NCBI RefSeq assembly: GCF_006345805.1
Contig: NC_043000.1
Span: 119,040,001 to 119,104,000 of the forward strand
Reading direction: 5' to 3'
DNA length: 64,000 bases
Origin: Octopus sinensis
Lineage: Eukaryota
Below the pieces are notes generated by a model. It was not told where the DNA came from. It worked only from the letters and a program-made list of their open reading frames with translations, and did not search any database. Shown here piece by piece: positions 39,404-53,550 of the stretch (positions are counted from its first letter, which is position 1; every line of letters begins with the position of its first letter). The position numbers and the translations under genes are program-made.

Positions 39404-39879
39404 TATATGTCTGTGTGTGTGTGTGTGTGTGTAATTTTATTTTATGTGTGCGTTCGTTACACACATTTAGTGAACTGTCTTTTCTTAAGTGTTTTTTCTT
39501 TTTCCAACTTCATACGAGCTAGCAACCTCTTCTTTTTCTCTCTTCTCTCCCTAGTTTCCCGTTTCTGTTTCTCTTTCGTTTTCTTTTTCTCTCCCTCCTC
39601 TCTACGCTTAATGTATACTTCCCATTTCTTTCGTCTGTAATAGCTGACCTGTATATGTATACACCAAAGAACGGCTTCTCTGCAAGGCCTCCGGGATTGT
39701 TAGGGACATGGAAGGATATCCGTTATACTCAAATTAGAGATCTGGACGGTATGCTTGCCGTATAAAAAATCCAAATTCTGGAAAAAGTCACATTTTCACT
39801 TAATATTTTAATATTCAATCGTCCTGGCTCACTATAATAAATGGACAGGAGAAAAGGTTGTTAGTGGTGAACGAGTAAG

Positions 39880-40529
39880 ATTACTTGGAATTTGGTAAAG
39901 GATGAGTTGTCCGAGAAAAAAATCATTCTAGGGACCAGTGCTATAGGCCTTACCTCCACTCTAAACGCTTTGCAACGTTTCTTTTTGAATGTAGTGGTTA
40001 TCTGATTGCAGCCCTCCCATAAAATCCGGCTTTATGCATCTCCTGGTGAAGTGTTTTTGTGGAAACTGGGTTTACGAGGTGGTCTTTAAGCTCTGCAATA
40101 ATTTTGGGTGCTGTACTTTTGTGATCCTTCCTAACAATTCGCGTAAGAATCCGCCGGTCCCTATCTGAAAGTTTTGGTTTTCTTTCGAAGCTTTGTTTCA
40201 ACGAGGAGGTTTTTCCCTCTTTCTCAAAGGCTGTGATTACTTTCGAGACAGTACACCAAACATTTCGGCTGTTTTCGTTACGCCAGCGCCTGCCATACGA
40301 GCACCAACAATTTGATCTCTTTGAAAGACCGATAGATCGGTCATTTTAATGAATTTTAATTATCTTTTTCTGATGATATCTGAAAAAACCCCAGCAATTT
40401 TAGCAAAACATTAAGCAACACTAATAATAAATATATAAATAAACATAAAGATAAACAAGCTTTTGACGGTTTTATAGATATTTCAAAATTATGATGCTAG
40501 GTGTTTCCATTATTTTGACCAACCCCTGT
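39880..40529 (-). mobile_element. Tc1 5' fragment, mirror of 21905-22556
   Basis: Reverse complement match; ORF KQSFERKPKLSDRDRRILTRIVRKD. Confidence 0.88.
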
Positions 40530-42648
40530 GTATGCATTTGTATATATTTATGTTTTACCCATATTTGTCTGAATATGTATGTAGCCATATGCCAATGCCT
40601 GTATAATTCTTGGCTCTCCGTCGGTTACGACGACGAGGGTTCCAGTTGATCCGATTAACGGAACAGCCTGGTCGAGAAATTAACGTGCAAGTGGTTGAGC
40701 ACTCCACAGACACGTGTACCCTTAACGTAGTTCTCGGGGAGATTCAGCGTGACACAATGTGTGACAAGGCTGGCCCTTTGAAATACAGGTACAACAGAAA
40801 CAGGAAGAAAGAGTGAATGGTATTGTGAAAGAGTACAGTAGGGTTCGCCACCACCCGCTGCCGGAGCCTCGTGGGGCTTCAGGTGTTTTCACTCAATAAA
40901 TACTCACAACGCCCGGTCTGTGAATCGAACCCGTAAGTTTGCCACCCTAATCACTGGGCCATTGCGCCTCCACGATGAATGTAAATAACAGAAAGAGATT
41001 GCTGTTTTCTGATGTGCATTGTTTGAGGATAATAGAATGGACATTGTCCACTCGAAGCGACCAGATTTAACTAGTGTATGTTGTGAGATACTTCATACAC
41101 GCGAAGCAAAGAAGGTGGTTTCCTCTGCGGGTATACTGCTTCTTGAACCATCGTCATTGTAAAGTTGCATGAAGAAAGTTTCTATAAAGTTTGCAGAAAT
41201 AAGTTTAGTAAGTGACCACTTTAAGTCTAAGACTCACTAAGGCTTTCAACCGGAGCGAGGTACGGACCTACCTGTTGCAGTTCCAAAGATGGTCTTACAG
41301 GTGTTGCAGTACCGCGTGCAGCGTGTAGTGCTAGCGATTTTTCTCCAGGTGTGGGGTTCTGTGTTCTTTACATGAATTGTTGCAGGGCATCTATTATCGA
41401 ACTACTTGTAGGATTGAGGTCATGTTTGCATGTGGATTGCTTTCAATCTCATGCCTACCTATTTCTCATAACTCACAAGTAAAGTACATTTATTGCCAGG
41501 GATAACTGGTATGAAAACCGATGGAGCTATAATCAGTTAGCTGACATGAAATGTTATTGTTTGCAGAAGGTGGGTGTGGTGTAGATCTAAGTCATAGCTG
41601 AGCATGCGCGGACTAGTTACGCTAAAGCAATCGTTGGATGACCCTCCAAGTGCATAGATGTGAAGTGAGATAAACACTTTCGAAGTAGGAAGAAATACAG
41701 TCGAAAATTGGTAGCTTAAGTTCACAGAGTGCTTGAGGTAACATATACCTTGTAGGAGGGCGAAGAAAGAAAGTCTGAGTCAGTTAAGTGGAAGTCCTTG
41801 TTGCCGATGTCCAAGAGAATATGTGAGTGTAAATGAATGAAATCAGTATAGTTACAGGCAACTTTAGGCAGCTAGCTGGCAGAATTGTTAGCATGCCGGG
41901 CAAAATGCTCAGCGACATTTCGTCTGTCTTTATGATCTGAGTTCAAATTCCGCCGAGGTTGACTGCCTGTTATCCTTTCGGAGTCGCTAAATTGAGTACC
42001 AGTTGAGCAGTGGGATCGATGTAATCGACTTACCCCTTCCACCGGAGTTTGCTGGCTTGTGCCAAAATTTGAAATCACTATAGTTTCGGGCAGCACTTTC
42101 TGGAGTGAGCTTTGAGTAAAGAGTCTAATCTGGACAGCGAAACTAATCTATTAATAAAGACGAAAATATTCGCGCCTTGAGAAGATCAGAATGTATGATA
42201 TGCTAGCCTGTTAAGAAGTGATGTACAACGTTGAGGTTGGATCGGAATACAGGGATGTTAGAGAAGCGGAGGAGGTAATTGTCTAGAGTATTTAGCGTTA
42301 GTTTTTGACATCTTGGGAAGTATAGACGGGAAGTTATGACAATCTCCAGTCACGAACCTGTTCCATACGCTTGCAACAGCGAACTACACTAAAGTCTACT
42401 AAATGGAAGAGACCACGTCTAACACCCCAAAGAATTTGGAATTTTAATCGCAGAAGAAAGAAATAAATATATACTGTGATCGTTATTTTTAGTCGAATGT
42501 AATGCACTGAAATTACTCTACAAATATTCTTGGTAAAGCCTGAAAGGCCCGCAGTTCCACCGATCTGTATTCGTGGCCTTGAGGTGGGAAAAATTTGCTG
42601 CGTAAGTGAGGCGACATAGAATCGGTAGGGAATGGAAACGTGGAAAGT

Positions 42649-42927
42649 AATTGCAGCGTGGAAGGTGTTTATAAGCCATTTAAGAAGCGCACACAAACCG
42701 TTAGATTCACTTCAACATTTAAATTTATTTTGCCAAAATATTTTCATCGCTTTCAGACCGCGACCTGATCACTGACAAAATTCCATGCTGTACGGAATTT
42801 TGTCAGTGATCAGTTTGCGGTCTCAAAGCGACGAAAATATTTTGGCAAAATAAATTTAAATGTTGAAGTGAATCTTACTGTTTTTGTGTTTCCTAAATGA
42901 CTTATAAACACCTTCCACGCTACAGTT
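42649..42927. mobile_element. Fold-back PLE palindrome with hammerhead-like motifs, mirror of 19518-19796
   Basis: Arms invert around ~42785-42793; GUGAUCAG core and GAAAAUAUUU on both strands. Confidence 0.7.
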
Positions 42928-43218
42928 GTTTTCATTCTAGCACACGATCTTAGATCAGGTTACTTGCTATGCAAGTACATCTCCGTGATTTGGAAAGTGT
43001 TTTCTGTTATCAAAACGTCCTTGTGAAGCATGACATTGCATTCTACATTCACTCTCACATTCACAAAAACTTGTTACCGAAAAAAAAAAACTCGTCAAAC
43101 GCCTGCTCTCTTTCTTTCTTTCTTTCTTCCTTTCTTTCTTTCTTTCTTTCTTCCTTTATTTTTTCTTTCTGTCTTCCTTTCTTTCGATCTTTCTTCCTTT
43201 CTTTTTTCTTTCTTTCGT

Positions 43219-43250
<32 letters not shown>

Positions 43251-43490
43251 TACAATAAGGCTTGTCCCTCTGCATAGACGATGTGAGAGAATGGTGGGGG
43301 GAATTTTAAAAAAAGTTATGCATAACCTCCCCATTAATAGTCATTGTGGTTCGTTTTATGTTACAAAGTGTATAAAAGCAATAAAGAAATCAAGCAATTT
43401 CAGTCGCAGCCTAAACTTCAGACTTTATGCATAACACTTTAATCAATATATATATATATATACATTTATATTGACAAAGAGTTCATCGAA

Positions 43491-44064
43491 ATGGGCTTTC
43501 AAGGTTTTTACCTGAAACGCCAACACACATTTTGGCTGCCATTAATTTTGCTCCATGTCTTATTTATTATTCCATCATATTCTCAGGAAAGCTGTACAAA
43601 AGACGGTGAATATAAGTGCCATGAAACAGACGATTCCAAATTCTATCATTGTACAGGACCTAAACACGGCATATTGCAATCTTGTGGGAAAATACTACGT
43701 TTCAATCCACAGTATAACGTCTGTGACTGGCCAGTCGATGGCGATAGCTTTTGCAAAACACAGAGAGATCAGTCAAAAACCACCCGTGATGTTGGAGCTA
43801 CAAAGTATGTAGTTACTACTTCTAAACCATCAAATTCTCTGAAAAGCTGTAGAAAAAGCAATGAATATAAGTGCCATGAAACAAACAATTACCAATTCTA
43901 TCTTTGTACGGGATTTGAAACAGGCGCATTAAAAACTTGTCCTGAAGGAACAGATTTCAATCCAGCAGCTAGCATCTGTGCCTGTTCAAATATTCCAAAC
44001 GCTTTCAAGTGCCACAACCAGGATGATCAGTCAAAAACCACTACTTCTAAACCCCAACTCACTG
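43491..44064 (+). CDS. Exon 1 of right gene: signal peptide, two CBM14 domains, Thr-rich linker (191 aa + 1 nt); spliced product 508 aa
   Basis: ATG 43491, same N-terminus as the left copy (34/35 aa), two Cys-rich FNP/CDWP domains, donor ACT G|gtaagt at 44064/44065. Confidence 0.9.
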
Positions 44065-45934
44065 GTAAGTAATATATTTTCAAGAATTTTATGTACCAAA
44101 TCTCTTCTTTCAGTGATGTTTTTATCTCTTGCCACAGTAGTAACTCAATAAGAAATAAGCGATCTCTGATTGTCGAACTAGAGTTATATATAATCCAGTT
44201 TACAACACTCTGAATTTGGTATTTATTCAAAACTGCTGTTCTTTCTCTTATCTTTTAAGCTTAAAATATTTCCTATTCTAAGCAGTCATTTATCGATTTT
44301 ATGTTGCTTCTTACGAACGACCATTTCTTAAAATATTAAACGGCGTAAAACATGAGTTTATATCCGAAATTGTAATTCACCACCTGTTAACGATCTTGTA
44401 TACAAGTTTGATAGATTATTTTAGATAAGAGGTATTGTATATAGTATAGGATATAGTCATTTTAACTACTATATTTCATACTGAAAAGGTGACTTTGGAC
44501 TCAATTCTCGGACAGTGTTGCGGGTTGGGTTTTTGAATAGGGTATTTTATCTCCTGTTGCTCCAGTAAACTCTGATAATCAGGATCAACATAGTTTTGAG
44601 TCATAAAATAATGAGAGTAATTGGCGATAAAATGAGTAATACTGTCACAACTAGAAGTGACGGGGGCGGAAACCCAAAATGAAAGTATATTCTGTAATAT
44701 TCTGCATAGATAACAACAAAAAAACGCCACCGAAGCAATGACAGAACAGATTTAAACTAGAAAATAAATTAAACTTGAAAACAATGTTTGCAAGAAATTT
44801 TTCTTTATAAGCAAAACATGTCATATGAAATCAGATTCGTGAATGACAGTTCATGGTTTCCGAATATACTTCTCCAAAAATACCCCTGCAGATACGATGA
44901 ATATAAAGCACTGCCCATTCTGCATTGTCGCCTTGGCTGTTTTTGTTTATTGGCGAGCACCCATCTCACTTCGATTGTTTAAACATTCAAATAACGGGAT
45001 AAAATGGAGAGTTAAGTTTGTATTCCACAAACATCAGCTCAAGTGGTCTGTGTAATATACATTGTCTGATATGAATGCATCAGATAGGTTAAGTTTAGTT
45101 AAGAGCCATTCAGCTAAAATGAGGTATTGTTAACATTGGTGGAAATCTCCCCATAATATTACAAAAGAACTGAAGGCGGAGAGCTAGCATATTCGTTAGC
45201 ATGTTGGGCTAAATGCTCAGCGCCTTTCTTGCGTCTTTATGCTCTGAGTTCAAATTCTGCCGAGGTCTGCTTTGCCTTTCATCCTATCCGGTTTGATAAA
45301 ATATATACCATTATATTACTGTGTAATATACATTGACTGATATAAATGCGTCAGATAGCTTAAGTTTAGTTAATAACCATTCAGCTAAAATGAAGTATAG
45401 TTAACGTTGATGGAAATCTCTCCACGATATTAGAAAAGAACTGCGTTCACTGATATTCTTCGATAAGCAAGCCATGGAGTCGCTTTAACAGCGGCGTTCA
45501 CCGGGTGTATTTCTATGCATAACATACACGTTCAGATCTATGTATTTCCACGAAGAATTTCAGTGATCTTTGAAATGATTACTTTATAGTGTAATATAAA
45601 TATTTTCTGTTCTCCGATAGTAAAATGGTTATGTTTTCGAGATAACTGCATCATTCTGCTCTCTTGAAAATCAACCTTCCAAAAATCCCCACGGTAAATG
45701 AAATTTTTGCGCAGTTTTCTCTGATTCCACAGATTTCCCCTATTGTTTGCATAGTTTCAATTTTACCCCCGTATCAATGGTTGAAACTCCTGTTTCTTTT
45801 TTTATTATTGTAGATCAATAGCTCTAGGCCTCATTCCATATAAGAGTTAATTAGCAGATGTGTGTTCATATCCATTTTGAAAAAAAACCGTCCATCTTTT
45901 GATTTGATTTGCTTTGTTGTTTTTTACCTTGCAG

Positions 45935-46887
45935 GTCCCTGTCAACCAGAACATTGCAAGCTACCGAAATGTAAATGTCCTGGGCCGGAAATTCCAGGCT
46001 CATTGCCAACAAATGCAACTCCGCAGATAATTCTATTGACTTTTGACGACGGAATTAATGAGCACAATATCGGTTATTACAGGGATTTGTTTGGTTCTAA
46101 CATAACAAATCCAAACGGCTGTCCTATTCAAGCAACATTTTTCGTTTCCGGCGATTATACTATTTATAAAAATGTGAAAGAATTATATGGCCAAGGACAT
46201 GAAATAGCTTCTCATAGCAAAACGCATAAACTTCCACACGCCTATTGGTTGAATTCTGATTACGAGACTTATACCGATGAAATAGTTGGCATGAAAAACT
46301 GGCTTATTGAAAAGGCCGATATTCCAGCAAAAGATATTCGTGGAATGCGCTCACCGTTTCTTTCAATGGGAAAAGATGCCCAGTTCAAAATGTTGAAAGA
46401 TAATAGATTTTACTACGATAGTTCGATGGTTACAGGTTCAGTTTCTACTACTACAGAGATACCAGTATGGCCCTTTACACTTGATTACCCGGTTATCAAA
46501 AAATATTGCCTACTTAAATACTGTCCAGAGAAATCATATCCAGGATTATGGGAAGTCCCACTTATACGTTGGTACAATGACGAAGGAAGTGCTTGTTCAA
46601 TGGCTGATTCCTGTATAATTCCTCAAAACTCATCGGCTGTCGTAAATTACTTGAAAGACAACTTTAATCGCCATTATAAAAGAAATAGGGCACCTTTCGG
46701 CATATTTTTGCATGCACCTTGGCTTAAAAATAACTTAAAACCATTGAAGAAATTTTTGGAAGAAGTTGCCCTCAAAAACGATGTATGGATTGTGACTGTG
46801 TCTCAAGCTTTGCAATGGATTCAGAATCCAGTTCCATTGGACAAAATTTCTGAATTCAGAAATTGGAAATGTAAATTAAATAACTGA
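45935..46887 (+). CDS. Exon 2A of right gene: CE4 chitin-deacetylase domain (317 aa)
   Basis: Acceptor ttgcag|GT in phase 1; motifs TFDDG, HSKTH, RSPF, YDSS, CSMADSC, GIFLH; stop TGA 46885-46887; AATAAA at 47026-47031. Confidence 0.93.
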
Positions 46888-47109
46888 GGAGAAACAAACA
46901 AGATGATGGATATTTTATGATTCAAAATTGAAGTATTTAAATATATACTTGTTCTCGGAATTTTTACATTTTTACCATTTTTACATTTTTAACATTTCCA
47001 TTTTTGCAGTTTTATCGCTTAATTGAATAAATTGAGATATACTGAAATATATTCTTGCTGCACTTCATAAATCAATTCATAAACAAATAACACATATAAA
47101 TAAATATGC

Positions 47110-47660
47110 GTGTATATTATTTGTATGTATATATAGGTGTATATGTTTGTATGTATACATAGGCGTGTATATGTTTGTATGTACATATATATATGCATTT
47201 AGATATATGTATATATGTGTGAATGTATATATATATGTGTATATATGTGTGTGTGTTTATGTATATATATAATGTGTATATGTATGTATATATATGTGTG
47301 TATATATAGGTATGTATATATGTGTATATATGTATATATATGTCTATATATATATGTGTATATATATGTGTATATATATGTGTATATATATGTGTATCTA
47401 TATGTGTGTATATATATATGTGTGTATATATATATATATTCGTATATATATGTATATGTATGCATAATGGTGTATATATGCAAATATGTATGTATATATA
47501 TGCGTACATATATGTGTGTATGCATATATGTGCATATATATGTGGATATATGTGTGTATGTATGCATATATATATGTATGTGTTTACGTAGTCATATATA
47601 TATGTATGTATGCATATGTGCGTGTGTATGTATATGTGTGCATGAATGTATATGTGTATA
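47110..47660. repeat. Degenerate (TA)/(TG) microsatellite tract (right arm only)
   Basis: Direct inspection. Confidence 0.93.
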
Positions 47661-48076
47661 CAGTGGCGGCCAAAATGTTCAGAACGGCATTGTTTTCGTC
47701 AGAAAAGTAGATATAATTTTTTTTATCAAAGTTGTTTTATATTCTGTAATTTTCACCGACAATAAATACGATATTATTTGTTATTGCTTGAGATTTTGAT
47801 GTAATTTGAGAGGATAATACAAAAGTTATGGATGATTTAGTGATTTACTGCAAAACCCATGGCGGTCAAAATGATCAGAACGGTTGCTTTTACTCCGTGA
47901 TTTAGTATATTTGACCGGCGAACTCTAATAATTTGAATTTGTTTACGTGACGGTTCGTTTACTAAACATTAGTAAGAATATTTGCAGTTTACTTTGTTAA
48001 TATAATGCCACTTACTCCGTTACCAATTCGTCAGCAGATTATTAAGCTTCGAAGGAAGGATAATTTAAGTATTGGA
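47660..48076 (+). mobile_element. 5' end of another Tc1-like element (right arm only)
   Basis: TA+CAGTGGCGGCCAAAATG TIR-like start; ORF start MPLTPLPIRQQIIKLRRKDNLSIG, cut off at the junction with the duplicated intron. Confidence 0.6.
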
Positions 48077-48718
48077 TAAAATAAATACCATTATATTACT
48101 GTGTAATATACATTGACTGATATAAATGCGTCAGATAGCTTAAGTTTAGTTAATAACCATTCAGCTAAAATGAAGTATAGTTAACGTTGATGGAAATCTC
48201 TCTACGATATTAGAAAAGAACTGCGTTCACTGATATTCTTCGATAAGCAAGCCATGGAGTCGCTTTAACAGCGGCGTTCACCGGGTGTATTTCTATGCAT
48301 AACATACACGTTCAGATCTATGTATTTTCACGAAGAATTTCAGTGATCTTTGAAATGATTAATTTATAGTGTTATATAATTATTTATTTTTCTCCGATAG
48401 CAATAATCGTATAAATGTTTATGTTTACAAGATAACTGCATCATTCTGCTCTCTGTTGATGAACAACCTTCCAAAATCCCCACGACAAATGAAAGTTTTG
48501 TGCCGTGTTCTCTGATTCCACAGATTTCCCCTATTGTTTGTATAATTGCATTTTTACACCCGTATCAATGGTTGGAACTCCTGTTTCGTTTTTTATTGTT
48601 GTAGATCAATAGCTCTAGGCCTCATTCCATATAAGAGTTAGTTAGCAGATGTGTGTTCGTATCCATTTAAAAAAACTTTCATTCTTTGGTTATCTTTCAT
48701 GGTTCATTTACTTTGCAG

Positions 48719-48750
48719 GTCCCTGTCAACCAGAACATTGCAAATGTTAA
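48719..48750 (+). pseudogene. Stub of exon 2B: internally deleted positional counterpart of the left catalytic exon
   Basis: Acceptor ttgcag|GTCCCTGTCAACCAGAACATTGCAA joins directly to ATGTTAATTAAATAAC, i.e. the first and last bases of the left exon 2 (~920 bp missing). Flanks match the left arm. Confidence 0.9.
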
Positions 48751-49311
48751 TTAAATAACTGAGAAGGAGAAACAAACAAGATGATGTGTATTTTTCGATT
48801 GAAAATTTAACTATTTAAAATGTCACTTATTGTTCTCGGAATTTTGCCATTCTTTGGGTGTTTTTTAATAGTTTGCTCTTCATCAATCTTTTACATATTT
48901 TCTTATTCACCTTTATGAAATTTTATCGCTTAACTGAATAAGTTACGTAGAAATACGTAGAAATGTATTACTACCACTCTTAAGAAATCAATTGAAAATT
49001 TTTAAAGCTTTGCTAAGTAATCTTATTAAAATATGCCATTATAAAATTATGAATTGCTTAATTTTTATTACAAACTCGTATGAAATTTGAAAATATTTTA
49101 TATCTTATATATATTAGATGAAATACGAATTAAGACTGAATTTCTAGTAGATTTATACAGTTCATTATGTAAATATACTTCGCTTCAAAAAGACGAGGTT
49201 TATAAATGACTACAATTGCCTTCAAACTTTGCTTTTCTGACCTGAACATCAATGTTTTGAAACTGACCAATTTTCCATTACATTTCTACTTGTTAGACGG
49301 AAAATGAAAGG

Positions 49312-49354
<43 letters not shown>

Positions 49355-50764
49355 AGTGGCTATAGGATTGATCTCTGGTAAAAATATTAGGGTACATATT
49401 GTCTGTGTTTGTCCCCATCACTGCTTGACAACTGGTTTTGATGTGCTCATGTGCTTCGCGGCTCAGCAAAGAGACCGATAGAATAATCACCAAGCTTTAA
49501 AAAGACAAGTGCTGGGGTTGATTTCGTTCGTCTAAAATTCTTGAAAGTGATGCCTCAGCTTGGCTGCAGTCTAATGATTGAAACAAGTAAAAGAAAAGAT
49601 ATTCTTGAATAGAAGTAAGAGAAATTGAAAGTTTAGTAATCTACGAAATGAAATATAAAACAATGGAATCTGAGAGAACAAAACTTGTATGTAAACTGAT
49701 TGAAATAATGAGGTTAATTTTATGCTGTGAGAGCAAGAAATAGATCGAATAAAAATAGTTACTTTGAAAACTTAGCAAAATACTGTAAGCCATTTGGTAA
49801 AGTGCAGTATAGGTTATTCAATGTAGGGTATTTAGTGTATAATGTTGCCGCAACAACTACGAATAATTAATATAACGATTTCAAATTTTGGTACAAGTCC
49901 ATCAAGCTCGGGGAAGGAGATAAGTCTATTACAATGACGGCAGTGTTCAACTGATACTTATGTTATCGACCCCGGAAGGATGAAAGGTAAAGTCGACCTC
50001 AACGGAATTTGAACTCAGAATGTAAAGACGGATGAAATGTCGCTAAGCATTCTGTTGGGCGTGCCAACGATTCTGCCAGCTCGCCGCTTTACGAATAGTT
50101 ATATAACAAGAAAATTTCTTTGACGCAGTCTACGTATAAATGTGAGGTGAATTCTAGATATATCTTAAATGGTGTGTTGATATGTTACACTCTCTCCATC
50201 TTACGACTGCTCTTCACGAACACAAAATAGTACCAGACGCTAAACATAAATATACTGAGTTCATAAAACCAGTACGGGTTGTTTAATTTTACACTGTATC
50301 ATGAGAGTAAGAAGTACCATTCGAAGCTTTGGCATGTGGCACGAGAAGGAAAGAAACGACTATCCACCGGCCGGCTCGATCGAGCTCGTGTGTGTGTTAT
50401 GCTCCAAATTATTTGTTTCGACGTCAGAGCGAACGATTGGAACGTGATGCGGGTAAGCGTTACTAAGATACCAGAAGCTGACGATGACCGTTGCAGCACA
50501 TCTGCGCGAGCAGATATTGAAGCCACTGGATTTTCAAGTGATCTCTTCTTCTCTTCTACGTTTTTGAGTTATTCTTTTAACCCTGTTATGCCTGGTAAAA
50601 GGACTCTCTGAGCCGTTTTTTTATTATTATTTTCATAACTTTCGAAAGAAGATTTTTCTCTGAAACTGGGTTACTTAGCCTGAAATTTATCCTGCTAAAA
50701 GCTCATATCACTGATTTTGAAAAAAGTTTTCTTCGTTGCCCTAGAAACGGTAGGAGTTGAACAG

Positions 50765-50989
50765 GTGGTATATCTCTCTTTTCTCTCTTTTACTTGTTTC
50801 AGTCATTTGACTGCGGCCATGGTGGAGCACCGCCTTTAGAGCAAATCGACCCTGAGACTTATTCCTTGTAAGCCCAGTACTTACTCTATCGGTCTCTTTT
50901 TGCCGAACCGCTAAGTTACGGGGACGTAAACACACCAGCATCGGTTGTCAAGCAATGCTAGGGGGACAAACACAGACACACAAACATAT

Positions 50990-51071
<82 letters not shown>

Positions 51072-51218
51072 GACAGGCTTCTTTCAGTTTCCGTCAACCA
51101 AATCCACTCAAAAGTCAATTTTCGGCCCGAGGCTATAGTAGAAGACACTTTCCCAAGATGCCACGCAGTGGGACTGAACCCGGAACCATGTGGCTGGTAA
51201 GCAAGCTACTTACCACTT
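50765..51218 (-). mobile_element. SINE family A, mirror of 12064-12524
   Basis: Reverse complement match. Confidence 0.88.
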
Positions 51219-52552
51219 AATTTTTCTGTCTGGTTAAATAAAATTTGATTATACAATAGAAACAATAGCAAAATTGCTGTTACAAAAAAAATATTTGTTT
51301 GCTACTGATGTATATTCTCGCCAAATTTCATATCATAGTATGAGTAGTTCCTGGAAACTTTCAACAAATAGAAAGGCAAAATGTTTCTTGTTTTAAATTG
51401 GGTAAATTTGATGACGTCATTTTTAAAATTATTGAAATTTTTTTTTTCCTGTGCTGTACCCTTATCCCTGTAAAGTTTCATGGTCATTGTCTTACTGGTT
51501 TTGGAAGACATTTTGAACACTATAGGAGACCTAAATTTTAGCTCATCTGAGAACAACTGATGATGTCATCAGAAGAATGGCCGACGTCAACAAGAATTTT
51601 ATAATGCAGAAATATTTACCTATCAATTGTCTATACATATGTCAACTTCCATTGTCATAAATTTAGTAGTTCAGGAATAAAGGAGGCGAGTGCCCTGAGA
51701 TCCACGTCCAACAGGCTTATGGAGCCCCTAAAACACCAGGGTTTTATAGGGCTAGAATGTATCTTGCAAGCCGAGCTGTTTCATACATTTTTCTCAAGGC
51801 ATTTCTGGTCAAAGGACTTTTGGCCCCAGCACACTCTCCTTATTTGATGGACCAGCTGCAGAATAGCTGAGATTTGTAAAAGTAAATTTATTGCCTCACA
51901 CCACATTTCCATTTCACTCTCCATCAGACCAGCAGGTCACTTCCGATCGTTTCTAAAAGAACACTCACTATAAAGATTCCTTTTCATAAACGCTTTCGAG
52001 ATCGTTTCTTCAAATGATTTGACACTGAATGATTTTTGGAAAACGCATTTTAATGTTCCTGATGCAGTGTTAAGGATTGTTGCAACATAAATGCAGCCTT
52101 GGCCTGTTGGAAACATACAGTTACAAATCTGCACAAAAGGCGGCAGGGTTCTTGTCTTAACAATCACTAACATGTTTTCATGGACAGGAACTGTTTTCCG
52201 TAGAGAATATTCTGTCTGAGCAGCTCTTTCAAGGAGAACATTTCTCACCTAGATACACTGGAAAAGTGCTAAAAAAGTGCAATAAAAATTGTCTGTCGTT
52301 CCTCTGCTGGTTAGTTTACTGCGGCGAACGGTGGTTTAATTTAGCAGGAATGAACAAAGAACTGATACAAACAACGATAACATGTATGCAAGGAATAAGG
52401 TTTCTCTTAACCTGGCCTATTGGAATGTGAGAAGCAGATAGCCCTGAAAGGAGCACATAAATGTGAAACAAAATGGAAGATATAGTACTCGAATGCCAGA
52501 GGTAGAGGACTATGCTTTACTGAAAAGCAGCAGATATATCACAAAACTTATT

Positions 52553-52963
52553 CTCTTTTACTCTTTTACTTGTTTCAGTCATTTGACTGCGGCCATGCTG
52601 GAGCACTGCCTTTAAACGAGCAACTCGACCCCGGGACTTATTCTTTGTAAGCCCAGTACTTATTCTATCGGTCTCTTTTGCCGAACCGCTAAGTGACAGG
52701 GACATAAACACACCAGCATCAGTTGTCAAGCAATGCTAGGGGGACAAACACAGACACCCAAACATACAGGCACACACACACATATATGTATTTACATATA
52801 TACGACGGGCTTCTTTCAGTTTCCGTCTACCAAATCCGCTCGCAAGGCAATGGTCGGCCCAAGGCTACAGTAGAAGACACTTGCCCAATGTGACACGCAG
52901 TGGGACTAAACCCGGAACCATGTGGCTGGTAAGCAAGCTACTTACCACACAGCCACTCCTGCG
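52553..52963 (-). mobile_element. SINE family A, mirror of 10316-10726
   Basis: Reverse complement match. Confidence 0.88.
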
Positions 52964-53550
52964 TATATATACATACATACATATACATACATATATACAT
53001 GTTATATAAACATACATATATTTGCATACATACACACACACACACACACACACACATTGTTGTGTCTGAGGAGTGTAATTTCTTTTAAGTGCTTTATTAT
53101 TTAACACACTCGCAGGTAAAGCTCCCATTCATTTAGTCATTTCCTAAAATTTTCTCTGCGTCATGCAACCTTTTCAATAGTCGTTGACTCTGTCCTTTAT
53201 CTGAGCTACGTTCTTTTTGTTTGTTTGTGCGCAAATGTGTGGGTCAGTGTGTGTGTGCATACCTAATCCAAAGACGAAATTTCACACAATATGATATATA
53301 TATATAAAATTAGAAAAAACCCACCTTTTATCAATTCAAAATGAACAATTAAATTACACCATCTAGAAAATTACATATAATAGAAATATTAAAATTAAAA
53401 TGACAATAAAATGTCAATGATTAAGTAAATGGCATATAATAATAATAATAATAATAATAAAAATAATAATAAAATAATAAATAATTATTAGTATTTTTTG
53501 CAATTTACTTACTCATTGACATTTTATTGTTATTTTCATTTTAATATTTC

